A program made the translations under genes and the position numbers. The notes beneath the pieces were generated by a model that did no database searches, was not told where the DNA came from, and saw only the letters and a list, made by a program, of their open reading frames with translations. A DNA stretch of 64,000 nucleotides from Patellaria atrata CBS 101060. Lineage: Eukaryota. The stretch's first letter is position 1. Every line of letters begins with the position of its first letter. The stretch spans positions 3,126,061 to 3,190,060 of the forward strand of contig MU006089.1 in the NCBI GenBank assembly GCA_010093705.1. Direction: 5' to 3'. Of this stretch, positions 61,960 through 64,000 are shown piece by piece.

Positions 61960-63848
61960 TCACAAGATCAACGCCCGCTTGCCTTCCTGAACATGCACGC
62001 CGTGAAACCCGAACCCAATAGGACCTTCACAATCCGCTCTTCCAACCTCCTTCATTGTTCTAGCATCTAAACAAAGGAGATAACTCTTCCCCCTATATCC
62101 ATTCAGTACAACGCTCAACAACACCCCGGCGTCCTCATCCTCAGCACCCGGGTCGCGTATAAAGACAGGTTCTCCTGGACTCTGGCCATTCTCGCTCCAT
62201 ATCAGATGCCTCTCCTGCTCATTGGGATACTGCGAATCAAACTTCACCAGCGCGTCCACGAAGGTGCTGATACCCCGGTCTAGAACACCGTACGTGTATC
62301 TGTGCGGTCTGGTCAGGAATGCCGGGTTGATATTCGGTAGCTCGGGTGTCCAGCGTATCGATGTCGAGTACAGGATTTCCGCGGTCCGTGGCTTACCTGC
62401 TACTGCTTTCGTATCCTGGATTGTGTGTGCTGCTGTTACTGTGGTAGAAGAGGGAACAGCGGGTAGTCGAAACCGCCGGAATGATGGACGCGTCGAGTCG
62501 CCCTTCACACCGACAAATTGCAGCGCACCCGGTGTCGTGGACAGCAGTTGGTTGTAATAGAACCGGTGCAAGATATCCAGATTGTCATATGCCACCAACT
62601 CAGCTACAATATTAATCCCATCCTTACCTTTTTCCTCCCAAGCATTAACGGTATGAAAACAGAAGAACGCTGGCGTTGTATATGTCGCCACTAAACCCTT
62701 CCCATGCCGCCTATCGATGACATACCACATCGCATCCCTTGAGGAATCCCACGGCCCAATAGCGTCGAGGATGTTGCGGTACCAGAGCACCGAGAGGCCA
62801 CCGGCACTGAAGTGCGAGCCCCAGATGCAGAGGAGGACATAGTTCTCCGTTAACAGGATCGAGTGGAGGTATGCAGGTGGCGCGGTTATGGATGCGAGAA
62901 TCTCGGTTTCTCCGGTCGATGTTAGGGTGCGGAAGACACGGTATGTAGAGCTACCACCGAATTCGAGGTTGAAGTTGTAGACGTCGCCGGTCTGGGGATC
63001 AGATTTAGCGTGTGCAGCTGCAAGGGGTCCCTTGAGAAGGGGGTGCAGAACTCGCTGGTTGGTGATACCAATGGGTTCGAGGGTAGACGGATCGATGCGG
63101 GCGAAGGAGGATGCATCGGTTCTGAGGTGGAGGGTCTGGATACCAGAGGAGTGCCCACTGGGTTCGTCGGATGGGCTGGTAATGCCAGGAGCATTGGGCG
63201 ATAGTGTCACGCCGATGTTCGCGTCGCTCTTGTTGTAGACAAGCGGTCCGCTAGCAACTTTGAATGTACTCATCACCTTCTTGAAGTAGCTCTGACACGG
63301 ATCCCGCTTTTGGGCGAAGCTGAAGCCCTCAAGGGTACCTGTTCGTCGGATCTTCTCGAGTTGCTCGTCGACGGTGTGGCGGGAGTTGTAGAAGACTTTT
63401 ACGGGCGAGTTTGGTTCTGAGGGGGCAATGATTTCGAAGCGGTGGACTTGGTTGTTGCCGTCGAACCAATGGGACTTTTCAAAGACTGTGCCGTTAGCTG
63501 TAGGGACTTTGTAGCCGCCTGGGCCGGTGCGGTAGAGGGTTCCGGCTGCATAGGCGGGAATGTTGCCTTGGACTGCGAGCTCGATCTGAGTCCGCTGTTC
63601 GTAGTCGTTGTTGAACTGCTCAGATTAGCATTTGGAGGAAAGGGGTGCTCGTTACAGCATACGCCTATATCATTTTGCCACCCGTTATACGGCTGTAATA
63701 ACTCTTCCTTTCCTTTCGTCTCATTCTGAGAAGCTGGAACTGACCGTATGCTGAAGGTACTAAACCTCTTCGACAACCGGTCAGTAGAGTTTCTCCGCTT
63801 TTTCACCCCATTCAACTCCTTCGGCTTTCCGCTCCCGAATATCGCCAT
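61960..63848 (-). CDS. Carotenoid cleavage oxygenase (RPE65 family), CAO-2/CarT torulene-oxygenase-like
   Basis: ATG at 63848, intron 63662-63616. Motifs GTLYRTGPG, SHWFDG, SFAQKRDPC and GEPVF, plus four Fe-ligand His (AAHAKSD, YLHS, FCFHTVNAWE, FGFHG). Confidence 0.9.
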
Positions 63849-64000
63849 CGGAGGTAAATATCTTAGTCCCAAGCTCTTGAACACCAGCCTCGACACTCTA
63901 ACAGAAAGATCAAGTAACGATGATATCTCAAGACCCATGAGTCTTCTTGAGCACTGTCTCAAATAGTGTAACGTAGTATAACCACCTGGGGGGTTTTCGG

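Overview
Eukaryotic DNA from a filamentous ascomycete (Pezizomycotina), judged from short GT-AG introns with CTRAY-type branch sites and fungal gene families. The genus cannot be determined. All exon/intron boundaries were derived by hand. Recognisable genes: a polyQ low-complexity protein, an SDR, a histidine acid phosphatase, DRS1, a GNS1/SUR4 elongase-like protein, an M28 leucine aminopeptidase, a CFEM membrane protein, a Zn2Cys6 protein, an App1-type phosphatase, a Cys/Thr-rich membrane protein, two methyltransferases and a carotenoid cleavage oxygenase. An accessory array of F-box genes and pseudogenes lies at 15.7-24.5 kb, and an MFS pseudogene at 37.5-39.3 kb. Best leads: (1) an intact, stand-alone Ty3/gypsy Gag capsid-like ORF with no pol or visible LTRs (candidate domesticated capsid gene); (2) the F-box/Cys-motif birth-and-death array; (3) a Zn2Cys6 factor fused to a WRKY-GCM1/Mutator-type zinc-finger-like domain; (4) an 850-aa unknown protein with a PARP-type zinc-finger-like signature; (5) a degenerate tRNA-like Pol III unit; (6) a dispersed ~125-bp non-coding repeat. 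All family assignments are motif recognition by eye, not database results.
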